Shown here: positions 14,464 to 26,900 of the stretch, piece by piece
How the letters are laid out: each line of letters begins with the position of its first letter
Position numbering within the stretch: position 1 is the first letter of the stretch
Assembly: GCA_030704615.1 (NCBI GenBank)
Contig: CM060732.1
Span: 63,116,001-63,180,000, forward strand
DNA: 64,000 nucleotides
Source of the DNA: Takakia lepidozioides
Taxonomy: Eukaryota; Plantae; Bryophyta
Direction of reading: 5' to 3'
Translations under genes and position numbers: made by a program
Notes under the pieces: model-generated
What the model was told of the DNA's origin: nothing
What the model saw: the letters and a program-made list of their open reading frames with translations, nothing else
Database searches by the model: none

Positions 14464-16897
14464 ACTTCTTTATAGCAGGTGATGAAAGAGTGGACAATGC
14501 CAACAACACATCACCATGAAATGGGATAAAATGTTACAGCCACCCCTACTCATGTCACGAGATGAGAAATCCCGTCTCATGTGGTGCCTCAATCACCTGT
14601 AGCAAATCTCTGGCAGCTTGTCCTCCAAAATGCTATGGTGCATTTTGTAAATAGAACCACTGGTAGCGATGCCACTAGACCCTCATTCCTCCAGCCGCTT
14701 CCCGTTACCTTGACACCTTGCGCACTGCTTGCCTAAATCCGACACTGCAGATGCTCGTAGAAATCATCGTCAAACACCATCAAAGCCAGACCTGTAGCGC
14801 ATTCCCACATTCTTTGAGGTAGCGAATTCCAGTGCACTCTCCCTTTGTAGTCCTCTCGAAATGGACCTAACCTAACCTACATCTTGAAATGTTGCGGATA
14901 ATGCTTGAAAAGGTCCGCCAGGATTTCATGAGTCTTGATGGGTGCTCCCTCTCTCATAATCAAGTCAATCAAGCTTCCTTCCGACCTTGGAAGGGACTAT
15001 GAAGATCGATCTCCGTCCTATGATCAGATTCCAAGAAAATTTTGAAGACGCCATGATCAAATCATGCCCGCGGCATCATACGAAGGCCTGGGACAAATCC
15101 ACGATAGTAGACAACATCCTCTCTAGCTCAACACGCTTTGACCCCCAAAGCCCAGGCAGAGGAGGAATTAGGTGTAAACCAGATCGTCTTTCTCACACTC
15201 GTTCTCCTTCTCTCCCTCGACACAAAACGAACGTCAGGCACAGTACAGATACTATACTTCGTGGAAATGACATCCTCTGTCTGCCTCCGTCTCCCTCTTT
15301 GTGTCAAACCTTGGAAAATGCAGCAAGGAAACAGAAAGTTCTACAATCAGATCTTCCCTCTAACTACTACTTTCTTCGGCTGTCCTTGTCCTCTATCCGG
15401 CTTCGTCGGATATCGTTATCGTTCTAAGTTGTGCGTATGTGTTGCCATCCATCCCATCGCTGCTGTAGTTCTCGCTTCACACTGAGTTGCACATACCTGT
15501 TCTTCCATCGCCACCAGATACAGATCCCACCTCCGTTAATTTCACCTTCTCCTTCTCAAATCCACACCTACAGATCTCAGGTCCTCAATGCTGAATCATC
15601 AAATCCGTAAAGGAACAAAGATCTAACAATGATCGTAGGCAGGCAGCCTGCAGGGGAGCTTCGAAGCCCGCCAAGAAAGTGTAGCAATGCACCCTGGTCT
15701 GCCATGGCATACGCCATTAACTTTTCAAAGCTCTGGATTTACTATCCACTCTCTAATAATGACCATCCTTCAATGCCGGCAGCAGCTTGTGCTGTAATTA
15801 CTCCACATCAAGCTTATTACTAGGTACTTCCCCAATCTCCCCCCTTCCAAGGGGGCCCCTCTAAGTTATTCATTGTTACCAGCCACTCCACTCCACCTCG
15901 AAATAACTCCAGTAAAGATTTCGAGGGATTACGCGATCCAACCCTAAAATCCTCCGAGAGACATGCGCTTGGTCAATGCTATGAGCTCTTACTCACTCTG
16001 TACAGTGAGAAATCTCGCAACATTTGCATGGCCTTCCTGCCCGCGACATACCTACCCTCAAATTTGAGGAGGAGCTTGTCAAATAAACCGGGAAGATGGT
16101 CAGGTCAGCCTGCACGTGCATTCTGCACCTTCTTTCTTATTTCTAACTCCTCCCCAAAAAGCTCCAGAGACTGGCCCTTCACAAATACTTCATTCATCCC
16201 CACTCTCACCGGCCCCTCATCTTTTTCGTCCAAGAGATCTCTACGAGATAGTTCATCCACGAAAATGCATTATTCATCTGATTCCCCCCTCAAATAACGC
16301 TTTTTCCTCTATTCTCCAAAACCTAAATGCCGTATTGGCCAGTTCAGCAACTGATAAATTGTGTGGAGAGGACCACCCACTCTACTAACTAGGTGATCGT
16401 TATTAACGACGGGAACCACAAGTTGGATGAAGAGTTAAGAAACCTTCAATCACTGGGCATGGACATCATTCATCCACTTCTTGGGTGGAGGCAATGCACT
16501 TTATGACCTCGTACCAAACACATTATTGTTCACAACACGTATATGCAATTTATACCCAACGACTGGTCATTTATATACCGAGTCACCCGGCCGACCCATC
16601 CATTTCCCGGGCTTCCACAAAAAAGACAAAACCGCGCTTGCTAAATTCGATATTTTCATATATGTATGTAAAGTAAAAAGGAAACAACAAAAACAACGCG
16701 GGACCAGCGCTGACCGGCGCGTGTCGGAACTCGGGCCCCCTCACCTTCGGCTCCAATAATACTCCCTCGTCCACCTCATTCATCCCCAACGTTCATCCAT
16801 TCCGAACTGTATTGAACTACTTCATCCAGGAAATGAAGTGGCGACTCAACATACTCTTTTCTGCACTTGAGCAGAAAATATTAAAAATTGCACTTGA

Positions 16898-17050
16898 GCA
16901 GGTAGCCCAGTTGGTTGGGTGTTTGTTCCTTGCCTGTGCATAACCTAGGTGATCCTGGGTTCAATCCTTCAACATGTGCCTTCAGACCGTCCATTGGGCC
17001 CTCGATGGCCTGTGTGTTGAGCAGTAGGCTCTGTAAATTCACTGGACGTT
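16898..17050 (+). mobile_element. tRNA-derived SINE-like head
   Basis: Box A-like GGTAGCCCAGTTGG and box B-like GGGTTCAATCC. Confidence 0.45.
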
Positions 17051-17391
17051 AAAGAATCTTTATCTTTATCTTTAATCTTTATCTCTTACAAGTTTGGATG
17101 GGTAAATTGGTAGAGCAATTTGATCACATGTAATAAGAGGTGGGACCCAGAGAATGGGAGGGTCGTTGCGCCAACCCCGGGACCCTAGTTTCCTTCCATA
17201 GGTATTCCTCTCCGTTCGTTCTCTTAAAAAAAATAAAAATAAAGGGGACGCAGCATTCTTTTCTTTTTCTTTTTCTTTTTGGGGGTTTCCCTCACAAAAT
17301 CAGGCGACGAGAAAATAACTTGGCCAGGAGGCGCCGTGCTGCACAAGGCTCTACCCAAGGGAAAGGGACCAAGATTATAAGTCACACAACA

Positions 17392-17452
17392 AGGTAGCAA
17401 GATTCGAACCCAAAATCACCTAGGTGACAAGTGCACTACCTAACAGAGCTAC
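17392..17452 (-). mobile_element. tRNA-derived SINE head
   Basis: Minus strand GGTAGCTCTGTTAGGTAGTGCAC...GGGTTCGAATCTTGCTACC, similar to the heads at ~18700-18770 and ~61630-61700. Confidence 0.5.
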
Positions 17453-18442
17453 CGACAAAGGGAAGTCTATGTTAATAGATAATATAAAAAATAAACAAAA
17501 TTATCAATCCTACGGAATCCTCACAAGGTCAAGTTAGGTAGTCGGTAAACATGGCATGATGTGGCCCTTTGTGGCCGAACCCAATGAAGCCGGGAAGGGG
17601 GCCTTGACTAGGGCCTTGACTAGCTTTTTTTCCCTACCCCTTGTGGGTGTCAAGCTTTGACCACACCAACTTTTGTCCTAGACAATGAACGAACGGAATA
17701 AAATGTTCGGCCAAGGTCTGTCCATCCAGCACCTTAAAAAACGGCCCACAAGCTAAGGGCTGCAAGTGCAATCCACATGGCGAAAATCTGGGTCGAGGTT
17801 AGGACACGTGTAGTATTGTCAGAGACACGTGGTAGGAAAGCATGCATACTTATTTTGGATGTTTGTTTTCTTTTGTCTGCTCTGGCAGAGAGATATTCTT
17901 ACAATAGTTCAATCGTGTGCTCACAAATGTCGAAGATTGTAGAGATCATTTTTTTTTTTTTAAAGAGGACATCATTCTCTAGTAACTGAAATGTGAAAAA
18001 AAAAAAAAAAAAAAATGTGTTCCACTCGGCCAGATTATTACTTTTAAAGGGGGAATTTAAACTTGCAAAATATTGATCTTTGCAGCTTTTTTTTTTCCTC
18101 TCAAGGGCCAACACACCGTGACCGCAGTCAATGAAAAAAAGGACTTTATTTTCGCATTTGGATATTCATAGAAATACCACTTGTATATATACATATTTGC
18201 CAGCTCACCATTGACTTGTGTCCAGCCGACTTTACAAAATATTGCAGTATTGCGAACACGACTAACTTAAAAGGGAACACATGTTAGAGCCACATCCCAT
18301 GGCCAAAAAGGAATGTCAATGATGTTGACTTGCTCTTGACTAACTTGCCGGACTCTTGAGCAGTTTTGGAACGGAAGTAGTCGTTGATCCAAGCCATGGA
18401 TGAAGTTCATTTCATTCTGGGATTCGATTATGTCCCTCCTCA

Positions 18443-18770
18443 TTTTTTATTTTTTTTTTTTTTTTTAAAGGGAAACACCTGGGAGCGACAGCTCACAAAT
18501 CAGGCCCCTTGATAGAGAGAGGAGAAAATAACCTCTCAGTAACCTCGCCGTAAGGCTTTCCGACGCGACACTGCGCCGGGAAGGGGGAGAAGAGCATACC
18601 GCCGCGCGGCCAGTCCCCTGCCCATGAGTCGGCTGCCCTCCAGTCCGCCAGTCGGCTGCTGGCCAGTCCGCTGCCTAGCAGTCTGCCACACCAGTCAAGT
18701 AGCAGGATTTGACCCCAGGGTCATCTGGATGGCACTCAGTGCACTTTACCAACTGAGCTACTGACTGTTG
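18443..18770 (-). mobile_element. tRNA-derived SINE with poly(A) tail
   Basis: Box A GTAGCTCAGTTGG, box B GGGGTCAAATCC; 3' tail GGGCCTGATTTGTGAGCTGTCGCTCCCAGG...TTTAAAAAAA shared with the copy at 61628-61860. Confidence 0.75.
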
Positions 18771-19881
18771 GTCATTTTGTTCCTTGTAAAGTAGACCACA
18801 AAAAAGTGTGAAGGAAATTGGGTGATTTACATGTCCAAATAAAGCATCGGTCGAAAATTTTGTTTGTCTTTTTAGGGCGCTTATTCAGGTGAATGGCACC
18901 CCCGGGCCTGGCAGGTTGGCGCCCTGTACAGCCTGGCGGACACAAATGTAACCGCCCTAGGGTGCTTACGCAAATCTAAACCAAGCTATAAATAGATTAC
19001 ACGTGTTAAACCCTCGGCAGCCAACCCTCAAATCCTGGAACGCCCTTCCTACACAACAAAATCAGTGCTAGCGAATCCCAACCATTGATTTCTGGAAACC
19101 AATACTGGAAACACACGACAACACCACTCCAATCCAAAATACAATCTTCTGTTCGACTCCGACCAACGGACGTGGGTTCAGCCAGGGAGGCATAATGTAG
19201 TAGCAGGATTTGAGCCCAGATTCACCTGGGTGGCACTATCAAACTGGGCTACCGCCGCTGCTGGTGTAGCTCTTACTGGTAGTCATTTTTATTTTATTCT
19301 GGTTTTAAGGGAATGTATTGACAGTGGTGTTCTGGAAAGGACTCAAAGTTTGGAGCACCTAGGTACCCTTTTTGCAGCTTGACGTTGGCCGACCGCCCTG
19401 AGGGAAGTGGCCAATAAACATTAGATGGGGACAGAAGCTAGAGTTGAGAGCTGATGCTGTAAGTGTGTGCATGGGTGGACTCGAGAGACTGACTGGAGAG
19501 ACTTCAGTCTAGTATATCTCCAGCTCCTACAAAAAAAAATGCCTCTAGAAAAGCCTTTGGTTTGTGTGATGAGACGGTAGACCCATCATTCTTGTGGGTT
19601 GTGCATTGTGCACTTCCCATCCAAGGTGTTGCTCATTTGCGTCTGCCATTTTTGGACTAGCTCCTCCCCGCAGTCCACAATATACCAAAGGACCAATCTC
19701 CTTGTTATTCAGCACAGATTTGTTGTAGCACATGTGAAGCTTTTGACAACAAGACTTGTTTCACCAGGATTGGATCCGTGACCTCAATCCGTGTTGGCGA
19801 TCCCAATTCATGAATGGGCACATTGCTTGAGATAAGAAAAGTAGAAAGAAAGCAAATTCATAGATACTATGTGGAATTGGT

Positions 19882-20482
19882 CAGGGGATGTCGAACTATA
19901 TACCAGTGTTGGACTGGTATACCGATAAGAAACTGGTATCAATACTGGTGTGTATACTGGTATGAAGTACCAGACCAAGTCTGGTATATAGGCCACTACC
20001 TAGCATATACCCGTATTGGCCTGGTATATGCTTCCTAATACTTGGCCGATACCCTACCAGTCTGGTAGGTGGTTGAAAATTTGGTACCTCACACACCATA
20101 TCCATATTTGTGAGGAAAACCTAGGTATTAATACTTTGAGGAACTTGAGGAATATTTTGAGGAATAAAATCAATGACAAGCATGCTTGTACACATTTATA
20201 TGAGAAGTGGGCCTTTCAATATGTAACATATCATGAGTTTTGTTTTATACCAGACCAGTATTGATAATACTCTGGTATCGATTTCTAAAAACTCTTGCTA
20301 TTGATACCCGTAAAACACCACACCAATTAGGTATTATTGATACCACCATGGTATCCAAATCTCAGATTTTTGCCAATACCAGTACCTCCCTGGTATCACA
20401 ACTGGCCGGAGGCCTATATACCAGTACCAGCCTGGTGTGTTCAAAATACGATACCAGTCCAACACTGGTATATACGTTCCCT
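19882..20482. mobile_element. MITE / non-autonomous TIR element rich in ATACCAG/CTGGTAT motifs
   Basis: Perfect 24-bp inverted repeat TATATACCAGTGTTGGACTGGTAT (19897-19920 vs 20451-20474); AGGG..CCCT outer ends; many internal (C)TGGTAT/ATACCA(G) motifs. Confidence 0.7.
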
Positions 20483-21608
20483 ATAAAGTACTAAGGGGAA
20501 ATCTTCTCCATACTTTTGTTGGAAATGTGGGGTATTGTCTAAGTGACATGATCGATGAACCAGATTTCTAGTTTGTGCATAGTCATGTCAATGCACAAGA
20601 TATGCAAGAAGGGCTAGACATATATTAAGTATGGAGCCGGTGTAGTTGCAAAAAATCGAGTTCGTCTTACACATCAGATTCTGCTTGATCGTGCACAGAT
20701 GTGGCGCAGGCATAAATTGCGGAGACAAATTGCTTCTATTTTTCCTATTGTGCTTTCACACATGTTCAATGAAATCCAAACAACTTTATCCGGCTGCGAG
20801 ATGGGTGGTCCTTTTTCGGAATAGTGGTGCGGACCAGTGTTAGCCGGGTATCATGTTTTGAGCCCTCTTCCGGTCCCGGTTATGGCCTATTATCTGAAAA
20901 AAATGGATGGCCGGGGCAGGGTATACCAATAGGTTTGAAAAACATCTCAGTTACAGATTCTCATTAAACATATAACCTTTTTTTTTGTCCGGTTCTCAAT
21001 CTACCAGTTATGCCATCTTACAAAATGCCGGTTCCATGGTATCGATGGGATTCATTCATTTTTGTTTTTTTGTTTTTTCTGGCATTTTTGTGTATCAATA
21101 TATGAAGCGAGATGTTTGTTTTGTTTGTTTGTAGCGTCGTTGAGATCTCCCAAACCGCGGGGCCCAGCCCCGGTGCTTGGTGCCTTTGGAAAGCCCTCGA
21201 TGAGGAGGGGTGCACCGGCTAGGTCTCATGATTTTTGGACCTACGGTGTGGGAGATGTGGAATTTCAAGTACTTTTGGTCGCTGGAAATTCGGGAAAAAT
21301 AGCAAAGTGGGCTTTCCTGGAGCAGTGATTGGTGGGAGATTTGGAATTTCAAGTACTTTTGGCCGAGCTGGAAATTCGCGAAAAATAGCAAAGTGGATAT
21401 ATCAATAGATTAGATTGCAAAAATAGCAAAGTGGGATTTGGGATTGCACTTGGACCTAGGTGACATTGGACACTGGAGGTCGCACTTGGGCCTCTACATA
21501 GGAGATTGCACTTGGGCTTAGATTTCCATTCTTCACACATGGACCAATGGCACAGGCTACCTAGATCTCCCAAAGAGTGGGGCTCTGGATACATAGGGGA
21601 TTGCACTT

Positions 21609-22306
21609 TGTCGTGCGCATACATATCGCTACACAACTACATCGCTGTCCAAAACCACACAACACATGTGCACACCACACACTAGTATACCACTAGTCTA
21701 CCACTAGTCCAGCCACTAGTCCAACCACTAGGCTACAACTAGTCAGTCACTAGGCTGCCACTACGCTGCCCACTATGGCAGTCACTAGTCCACACAATGA
21801 TAAAGAAGAGGAATACAAGCACAAGCTCACAAATCTGAAGCATAAACTCATGCATATATAACCTCATCACTCAAATACAAGTCAAGCCAAGTGCACCCCA
21901 CGCCATGGGGAATCCACACTACGGCGCCATAGCTAGGCGCGGTGAGGCTCAACTCGAGAAAGATGAGCCTCCCGCGCTTGCCGTGAAGATAACCACTCCA
22001 GGGCCTAAATCTGCCTTGACCCCTGGATTGACACTTGGGCCAATCCCAAATGTCAATATGTAAAAGCTAGCTATTTCCTAGCTAGTTTCACACTAGTGGT
22101 AAAATAACTTGACAGCTGTCGTGCGCATACATATCGCTACACAACTACATCGCTGTCCAAAACCACACAACACATGTGCACACCACACACTAGTATACCA
22201 CTAGTCCACCACTAGTCCAGCCACTAGTCCAACCACTAGGCTACAACTAGTCAGTCACTAGGCTGCCACTACGCTGCCCACTATGGCAGTCACTAGTCCA
22301 CACAAT
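21609..22306 (-). repeat. 3' repeat block of copy 1 (sense B1-GC-A2-B2)
   Basis: By eye the two B copies differ at ~1 position and the two A copies at ~1 position. B carries an ~11-bp periodic CCACTAG(T) array. Junction GACAGCTGTC at 22111-22120. Confidence 0.95.
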
Positions 22307-22316
22307 CGCCCCCCTA
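22307..22316 (-). promoter_or_regulatory. Polypurine tract (sense AGGGGGGCG) abutting repeat B1
   Basis: Plus strand CGCCCCCCT directly after B; same in copy 2 (~36608-36617) and copy 3 (~50197-50206). Confidence 0.75.
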
Positions 22317-22564
22317 GCTGGTGCTTAGGTCCCTCTAAGTCCAGGTAGCCACAAGATGTGATAGTGACCATAGCCTCACTAAGTCCTCCACCACTATCCC
22401 TACTACACTCAAACTCGATAGATCAAGAGGCCGGGTGCAAGAGTTGCCCCATCGTTAGTCGCCGTCTTGCAACCTGTGAACTTGAGCTTGGGATCTCATG
22501 TATTGACTCCTATGAGCTTGGCCTCCCATGTCTTGTTAGCTGCCTCCAGTCATGTCCACTGCCA

Positions 22565-22715
22565 CTATCCCAAGCAGTGTGGACACAACCAATCTCCGTC
22601 AGGAACCTTCTCAAGAGGTGGTGTCAAGCATCCCATATGCCAACCCCTTGAGCATCGATCACACACCAGCATGGTGGCTGCCCCTTTGGCAGACCCACAG
22701 AGCATGCACCTCAAA
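22565..22715 (-). other. PHD finger at the integrase C-terminus (copy 1)
   Basis: CMLCGSAKGAATMLVCDRCSRGWHMGCLTPPLEKVPDGDWLCPHC, C4HC3 spacing, in frame with the integrase core (ORF 22565-23650). Confidence 0.92.
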
Positions 22716-25700
22716 CCTGCAGGTACCACTGCCAAGTTTGGGTCAACTCTGCCATCGACATTGGGAAGGTGACATGGCGCACAATTACGCACATGGTCTT
22801 TCCAAGTCATGCCATCCCGACCCTCCAAGATCAGGACCCCTGAGGGCAACACCTCTCGAACCCTCAGAATAACACGCCCTGCAGTAACATCCAGAGTCGT
22901 AGGAGCAGTCTGCTGCAAATAAACATAGTCACCAGGGCTAAACCTCCGAACCCCAGGACGATATCCTCCACCACGTATAGTGGCATACCTCAACGTATCA
23001 CGGTGCTGTGCAATGGCAAGGTTCTCAAAAGCCATGGGCATGACTTTCTTGAACAACTCTGCACGCTGATCACATGCACGTACCCACACGTCCGGATCGT
23101 CAAGGTTAAGGACTTGAGCAGTGTCCCTACGAATGGCTGCAGGCAAATCCGGCTCTCGGCCAAAGAGAAGGAAATATGGTGAGAAGGAGGCAAGTGATGC
23201 TTGTTTGCTGAACCTGTAGCCCATGGCTAACCAAGGAACCTGAAGATCCCAATCTCCTAGGTGTCCCTTCTGCAAGCCATACTTGCGCAAACCCCTCTTC
23301 ACCGTCTGAACAACTCTCTCTGCTAAGCCATCGGCCTCAGGATGATCCCGAGAAGTGGTGCGGTGGTCTATCAAGGCTTTATCACACAAAGCCTGAAACT
23401 CCCCCAAAAACTCTCTCCCTTGGTCCGTGAGTACCTCAGCTGGAGCACCAAATCGGCTAAGCACACGATCCAAGAATGCATACGCAGCCCCCTCACTAGC
23501 CTTGTCAGGCAATGGAACCAACTCAATCCACTTGGAGAAGTGCTCCACCATCACCAACACATATCTGTGGTGGCGCATAGTCAGTGGCAACGGTCCTGCG
23601 AAGTCAAGACTCCACCTGTAGCCCAATCCCATGATAGGTAAAGGATGCAACTGTGGTGTAGGGCGTTGAATGAAGCACGCACCCTGTCACACACCATGCA
23701 CCTAGCCACAAAACTGTTGCACCTCTGTATGCATACCACGCCACCAATACTGCCCCTGCAGTAAACTGTGAGTGCGTCGCACTCCAAAATGCCCCAACTC
23801 CTCATGGGCATGCCGCACTAACCGTGCACGCTGTGTGGGGTGAGGCACAATCCTCACCCGACCATCCTCCCACACTCGAAGTAGGTGTATCCCCTCCCAC
23901 TTGAACCTCTTGGCTCGTTGCAGGATCCGATCCCTCTCCCTGGCAGTCACAATGGCTGCCGTGTCTCCCGTGCGGAGGTAGTCCAACACAGCCGAATCCT
24001 CATGTATATCTCTGGCACCACCTAGCTCATCACTAGCCTCAGGGTCCTCAGACACTCCGTCTACAGTCATCCCTGTTGTAGGTCCAATCTGACCTCCCGA
24101 TGCCACAAAATATGCATCCCGGGATCGACTCCAGTCGAATATGCTTTGCCTGTCATTCCATCCATGCATGGATTGCGCATCCCGATTGACCAAACCGGTC
24201 GATGCACAACCTGAAAGTCATACTCCTGGAGTATAAGTGCCCACCGTGCAAGCTTCCCCGTAAGCTTGTCTGACTCCATCAACCACTTGAGTGGCTGGTG
24301 ATCCGTGACAAGGGTGAAAAGATTGCCGTATAGATAGCACCTGAAGTGTGCCACGGCCCACACTGCAGCTAAGCACTCTCCCTCATATGAGCTGTACTTA
24401 GCCTCTGCAGCGTTGTTCGAGCGGCTAGCGTAAGCCACTACGAACTCTCTTCCCTCATCATCCCACCTGTGTGAGCACCGCTCCAAGCCCCAGCATGCTC
24501 CAATCCGTATGCAGCTGAAAGGGACGCCCCCTGATAGGTCGTCTCAAGATAGGCGCCGAGGTCAACCTCGCCTTGAGCTCTTGAAAAGCTCGTTCCTGCT
24601 CATCTTCCCACTGCCACTCTGGTCCACCTTGGTCAGCTTGGTTAGAGCCTTTGCAATGGTACTAAATCCCTTGACAAACCGTCTATAATAGTTTGCCAAC
24701 CCCATGAAAGCTCGAACTCGGCTCACATCCGTGGGGCGTGGAATTTGTGCAATGGCCTCTACCTTAGTCTGCTGTACCCCCAATCCTCCAGGATATATCA
24801 TGTGACCCAGATACTCAATCTGGTTGTGGAAAAACTTGCACTTCCCCGGATGCAACTTCAATCCGTGCGCTCTCAAGCGCTCCAATACCACCTGAAGGTG
24901 TCTCTCATGCTCCTCCATCGTAACACTAAAGATGATGATGTCATCTATGTAGCACCGAGCAAAGTCCACCCCTGCTAGAATCCTATCCATGACTCTCTGA
25001 AACTCTGCAGGAGCATTCTTAAGCCCAAATGGTAAGAACCGCCACTGATATAGGCAATCCTTGCCGTGCTCATTGATCCCCCAGAATGCCGTCTTCTGCT
25101 TGTCCGCCTCCTTGATTGGCAACTGGTGATATCCGGATCGTAAATCCAAAGTGCTAAAGGCCTTAGCATGCCCGATGGCATCAAAGATCTCCTCTGGTGT
25201 TGGCATGGCATACTTATCGGACTTGGTCTGACGATTTACAGGCCGGTAATCACCGCACATACGTCTCTCCGTCCAATTGCCATAGACATCCTTCTTGGCT
25301 GGCATCACTGTGGCTGAAGCATACTCTCCACCAGAGAGCTCCACCAAACCTGCCTCCCAGATCTTGAGTCCTCATCTGAATCAAAGACCTCTCCATGTCA
25401 CTGTATCTATAGGGTCTCCGAAAGATTGGCGTGTCAGTGGCCAACTCAATACGGATCTCTTGACCCTTCAGTGCTCCCAAGTCCTTCAAACTGAAGGCAA
25501 AGCAATTCCTGTAAGCCCTCAGGAACCGCCGTATACGTCGTCTCTCTCCTCCGGTGACAATGGGTCCAATGTCAGGCTCCCAATTGTCCTCCGTAACTAC
25601 AACCTTAAGTCCAGTGGGCTTAGAGGTAGAGGACGCGTCCCGTGGTTGCTATGCTGCAACCTCTTGAGCAGTACTCCCTGCCTGCTCAGTCAATGACAAG

Positions 25701-25969
25701 GCCTCATCCTGCCCCATCATCTCATCCTTGAGGACCTCCTCAACCGAGAAGAATCCCCAACCTCATCCATCACAGCCGCCTTGGCTGCCAACTCCCTCTG
25801 AACCTCGAGCACCTCCCACGTGTGCCATGGATGCATGCACCCCGTGGTCCTCATATGCTCGCCCCCACTCACTGCCTGTACCGTCTCGGTAGGCAGAGAG
25901 ACCATTGAGGGAAGTGTACTCCGCACTCTGCGTTGCTCAGCCAGAGCCAAGCTGATAATCCAGGTCAAG

Positions 25970-26900
25970 CAATTGAGATCCATTGCTTGCCCCAACACTT
26001 GACGACGTGATGCCTCAGAAAGAGACGACACCGCCGTGGTACCAGTGGTAAAACCCATTGCCCGCTCACGCTCGTCAGCATTAGGCTCCACTAACTGCTG
26101 CAACTGAGCATCCCACAGGAGGCCAGGTCCACTATCCCGGAAAGCATGCGATCCTGGGAAGCTGAGCAGTGTAGGTAATGCTGCTCGTGGTTGACCCACC
26201 TTGTTGACCACTGCCAAAGGCGAACGGTCATCGTGTCTCACACGTTGAGACTGCCTCCCTGTGTCCAGAATGTTATCCACTGTGAGATGTGCTGGCCGCT
26301 GCACCCCATCAATGCACGCTTGAGCAGTGCGGGTGGCATCAAGTTAGTCCACCATAGCCGTGGACGATGAGCCCGTGACCCCACTGTAGCTGCATCTAGC
26401 AACACTGCTGACCCAAGCCACGACCGGACTTGATGCACACTGGCCATCACCCTGGCCCGAGAATCGCCCATCAGTGGCACATTCTCCAAGATGTATGCTG
26501 GAGATACAGCTTGATGAAGCTGCAAGTGGCGCAAAACCCGCACCATCTCCCAAAACAGACCCGACCTCGAGTCTCGCAATCCATTGCCATGCCCGGCTGA
26601 TGAATGCCCTTGGCAGGGCCAACCTGCCACTACCAGATCAATGGAGCCAACCCGCTCCAAATCCGCGCCCCCAGCAACGAAATGTCTGCTGGCAAGGCCT
26701 GCTGATATCCACGAATTGCAGACACCGACAACAACTCAGGGTACCGCTGCACCAACTGAGCAACATGGCGAAGTGAAACGCGTCGTGCAGTCTCATCCCT
26801 CTCCACATACAGGTAACGCCGAACTCGTACACCTGCCTGTAACACAGCAGCCAATCCGGTGCTGATCCCGCCAAACAAGTCCAGAAGACAAATGCCTTCA
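25970..26900 (-). other. DNMT3-like C5-cytosine methyltransferase domain between protease and RT (copy 1)
   Basis: Motif I LLDLFGGI, II YLYVE, IV IDLVVAGWPCQG, VI YILENV, VIII AHRPRLWWTNL, IX ERAMGF, X RRQVLGQAM, in canonical order over ORFs 26630-27163, 26238-26660 and 25717-26304. Confidence 0.92.

Noticed and set aside
17392-17452. Functional tRNA genes here and at ~18700, ~19200, ~60720 and ~61630
   Set aside because: Box A/B present but no complete cloverleaf that I could fold; context and tails indicate SINE heads.
21609-22114. Reading 21609-22114 (TG..CA) as an ordinary or solo LTR next to a truncated element
   Set aside because: The TSD brackets the whole 21609-32120 unit, PPT and PBS abut the other repeat boundaries, and copy 2 repeats the same layout.
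21670-22300. CRISPR-like array
   Set aside because: Short ~11-bp degenerate units without unique spacers, inside a retroelement repeat in eukaryotic DNA.
25970-26900. Host DNMT3/DRM gene or bacterial contaminant methyltransferase
   Set aside because: Intronless, at the same position between protease and RT in three separate element copies, inside plant genomic context.
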